Positions 1-553 of a stretch of 553 nt of DNA are shown piece after piece. The number at the start of each line of letters is the position of its first letter. Position 1 is the first letter of the stretch. Origin of the DNA: a phage; sequence record EF517008.1, one strand, 5' to 3'. The notes under the pieces were generated by a model. The model ran no database searches. It was given only the letters and a program-made list of their open reading frames with translations, and had not been told where the DNA came from. The translations under genes and the position numbers were made by a program.

Positions 1-553
1 GGAACATCTGCGTAGACAATACTGCTAACAGTTACTGGCTCTCTCGTGTATCTAAAACGATTCCGGCACTGGAACACTTAAACGGGTTTGATGTTCGCTG
101 GAAGCGTCTACTGAACGATGACCGTTGCTTCTACAAAGATGGCTTTATGCTTGATGGAGAACTCATGATCAAGAGCGTAGACTTTAACACAGGGTCCGGC
201 CTACTGCGTACTAAATGGACTGACACGAAGAACCAAGAGTTTCATGAAGAGTTATTCGTTGAACCAATCCGTAAGAAAGATAAAGTTCCCTTTAAGCTGC
301 ACACTGGACACCTTCACATAAAACTGTACGCTATCCTCCCGCTGCACATCGTGGAGTCTGAAGAAGACTGTGATGTCATGACGTTGCTCATGCAGGAACA
401 CGTTAAGAACATGTTGCCTCTGCTACAGGAATACTTCCCTGAAATCAAATGGCAAGCGGTTGAATCTTACGAGGTCTACGATATGGTAGAATTACAGCAA
501 TTGTACGAGCAGAAGCGAGCAGAAGGCCATGAGGGTCTCATTGTGAAAGACCC
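1..553 (+). CDS. 1.3: ATP-dependent DNA ligase of a T7-like phage, internal fragment truncated at both ends. Codon phase: first full codon at nt 3-5, last full codon at nt 549-551. Covers roughly residues 41-224 of a ~359-aa protein.
   Basis: Seen in sequence: frame 3 is stop-free for 183 codons across the whole window, while frame 1 has TAG at 13-15 and frame 2 has TAA at 26-28. The translation contains the ligase/capping-enzyme nucleotidyltransferase motif III (FMLDGELM) and motif IV (EGLIVKD). From memory of the T7 gene 1.3 protein: near-identical over the whole span (e.g. NICVDNTANSYWLSRVSKTIPALEHLNGFDVRWKRLLNDDRCFYKDGFMLDGEL, LHTGHLHIKLYAILPLHIVES, MTLLMQEHVKNMLPLLQEYFPEI). No database search was run. 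Confidence 0.93.
144..167 (+). other. Nucleotidyltransferase motif III (FMLDGELM) of the ligase adenylation domain
   Basis: Codons at nt 144-167 translate to F-M-L-D-G-E-L-M. The hydrophobic-x-DGE-hydrophobic pattern is the conserved motif III of ATP-dependent ligases and mRNA capping enzymes, which contacts the nucleotide ribose. Assigned by established knowledge of the family, not by any computation. Confidence 0.8.
531..551 (+). other. Nucleotidyltransferase motif IV (EGLIVKD) of the ligase adenylation domain
   Basis: Codons at nt 531-551 translate to E-G-L-I-V-K-D. The EG-hydrophobic-hydrophobic-hydrophobic-K pattern is the conserved motif IV of ATP-dependent ligases. It sits at the expected spacing before motif V (WWKMK in T7), which would lie about 14 codons beyond the window end. 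Confidence 0.8.

Noticed and set aside
1-28. Frames 1 and 2 on the + strand as candidate coding frames
   Set aside because: Frame 1 hits TAG at nt 13-15 and frame 2 hits TAA at nt 26-28. Only frame 3 is open throughout and gives a ligase-like translation.
144-485. Internal ATG codons (e.g. Met codons at nt 147-149, 165-167, 378-380, 390-392, 411-413, 483-485) as alternative start sites
   Set aside because: They are in-frame methionines within a continuous conserved domain, with no convincing Shine-Dalgarno sequence upstream, and they match Met residues of T7 ligase itself.
1-553. Possibility that the window encodes a novel or undescribed system, as the prompt suggests
   Set aside because: The single open frame translates to a recognisable, well-characterised T7-type ATP-dependent DNA ligase with canonical motifs. 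Nothing in the sequence is left unexplained by that gene.
1-553. Alternative or overlapping ORFs on the reverse strand
   Set aside because: Reverse-complement stops are frequent in all three reverse frames (seen on the + strand as TTA/CTA/TCA at e.g. 25, 52, 78, 108, 131, 163, 201, 242, 252, 314, 376, 388, 423, 445, 476, 492, 538). The longest stop-free gap is under about 60 codons, consistent with chance.
1-553. T7 RNA polymerase promoter (TAATACGACTCACTATAGG-like), sigma70 promoter or rho-independent terminator inside the window
   Set aside because: No match to the T7 promoter consensus and no GC-rich hairpin followed by a T-tract were seen. The window is entirely intragenic, so AT-rich hexamers here are most likely coincidental codon strings.
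1-553. Direct or inverted repeats, CRISPR-like spacing, or mobile-element termini
   Set aside because: By-eye scanning found no repeated units longer than short chance matches and no regular repeat-spacer periodicity. Repeat-finding software was not run, so short imperfect repeats cannot be fully excluded.

Overview
The whole window is an internal fragment of one + strand gene: a T7-family bacteriophage ATP-dependent DNA ligase (T7 gene 1.3). Reading frame 3 (codons from nt 3) is open for 183 codons and runs off both ends of the window; every other frame on both strands is repeatedly interrupted by stops. The translation (NICVDNTANSYWLSRVSKTIPALEHLNGFDVRWKRLLNDDRCFYKDGFMLDGELMIKSVDFNTGSGLLRTKWTDTKNQEF...AEGHEGLIVKDP) matches my recollection of T7 DNA ligase residues ~41-224, with about five substitutions. 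That span is the nucleotidyltransferase (adenylation) domain between motif I, which lies just upstream, and motif V, which lies just downstream. I see no RNA genes, promoters, terminators, repeats, CRISPR or mobile-element signatures. Despite the prompt, I find no previously undescribed system here: this is a well-characterised enzyme. The only mildly notable point is that it looks like a close variant of T7 ligase rather than an exact copy, which needs an alignment to confirm.
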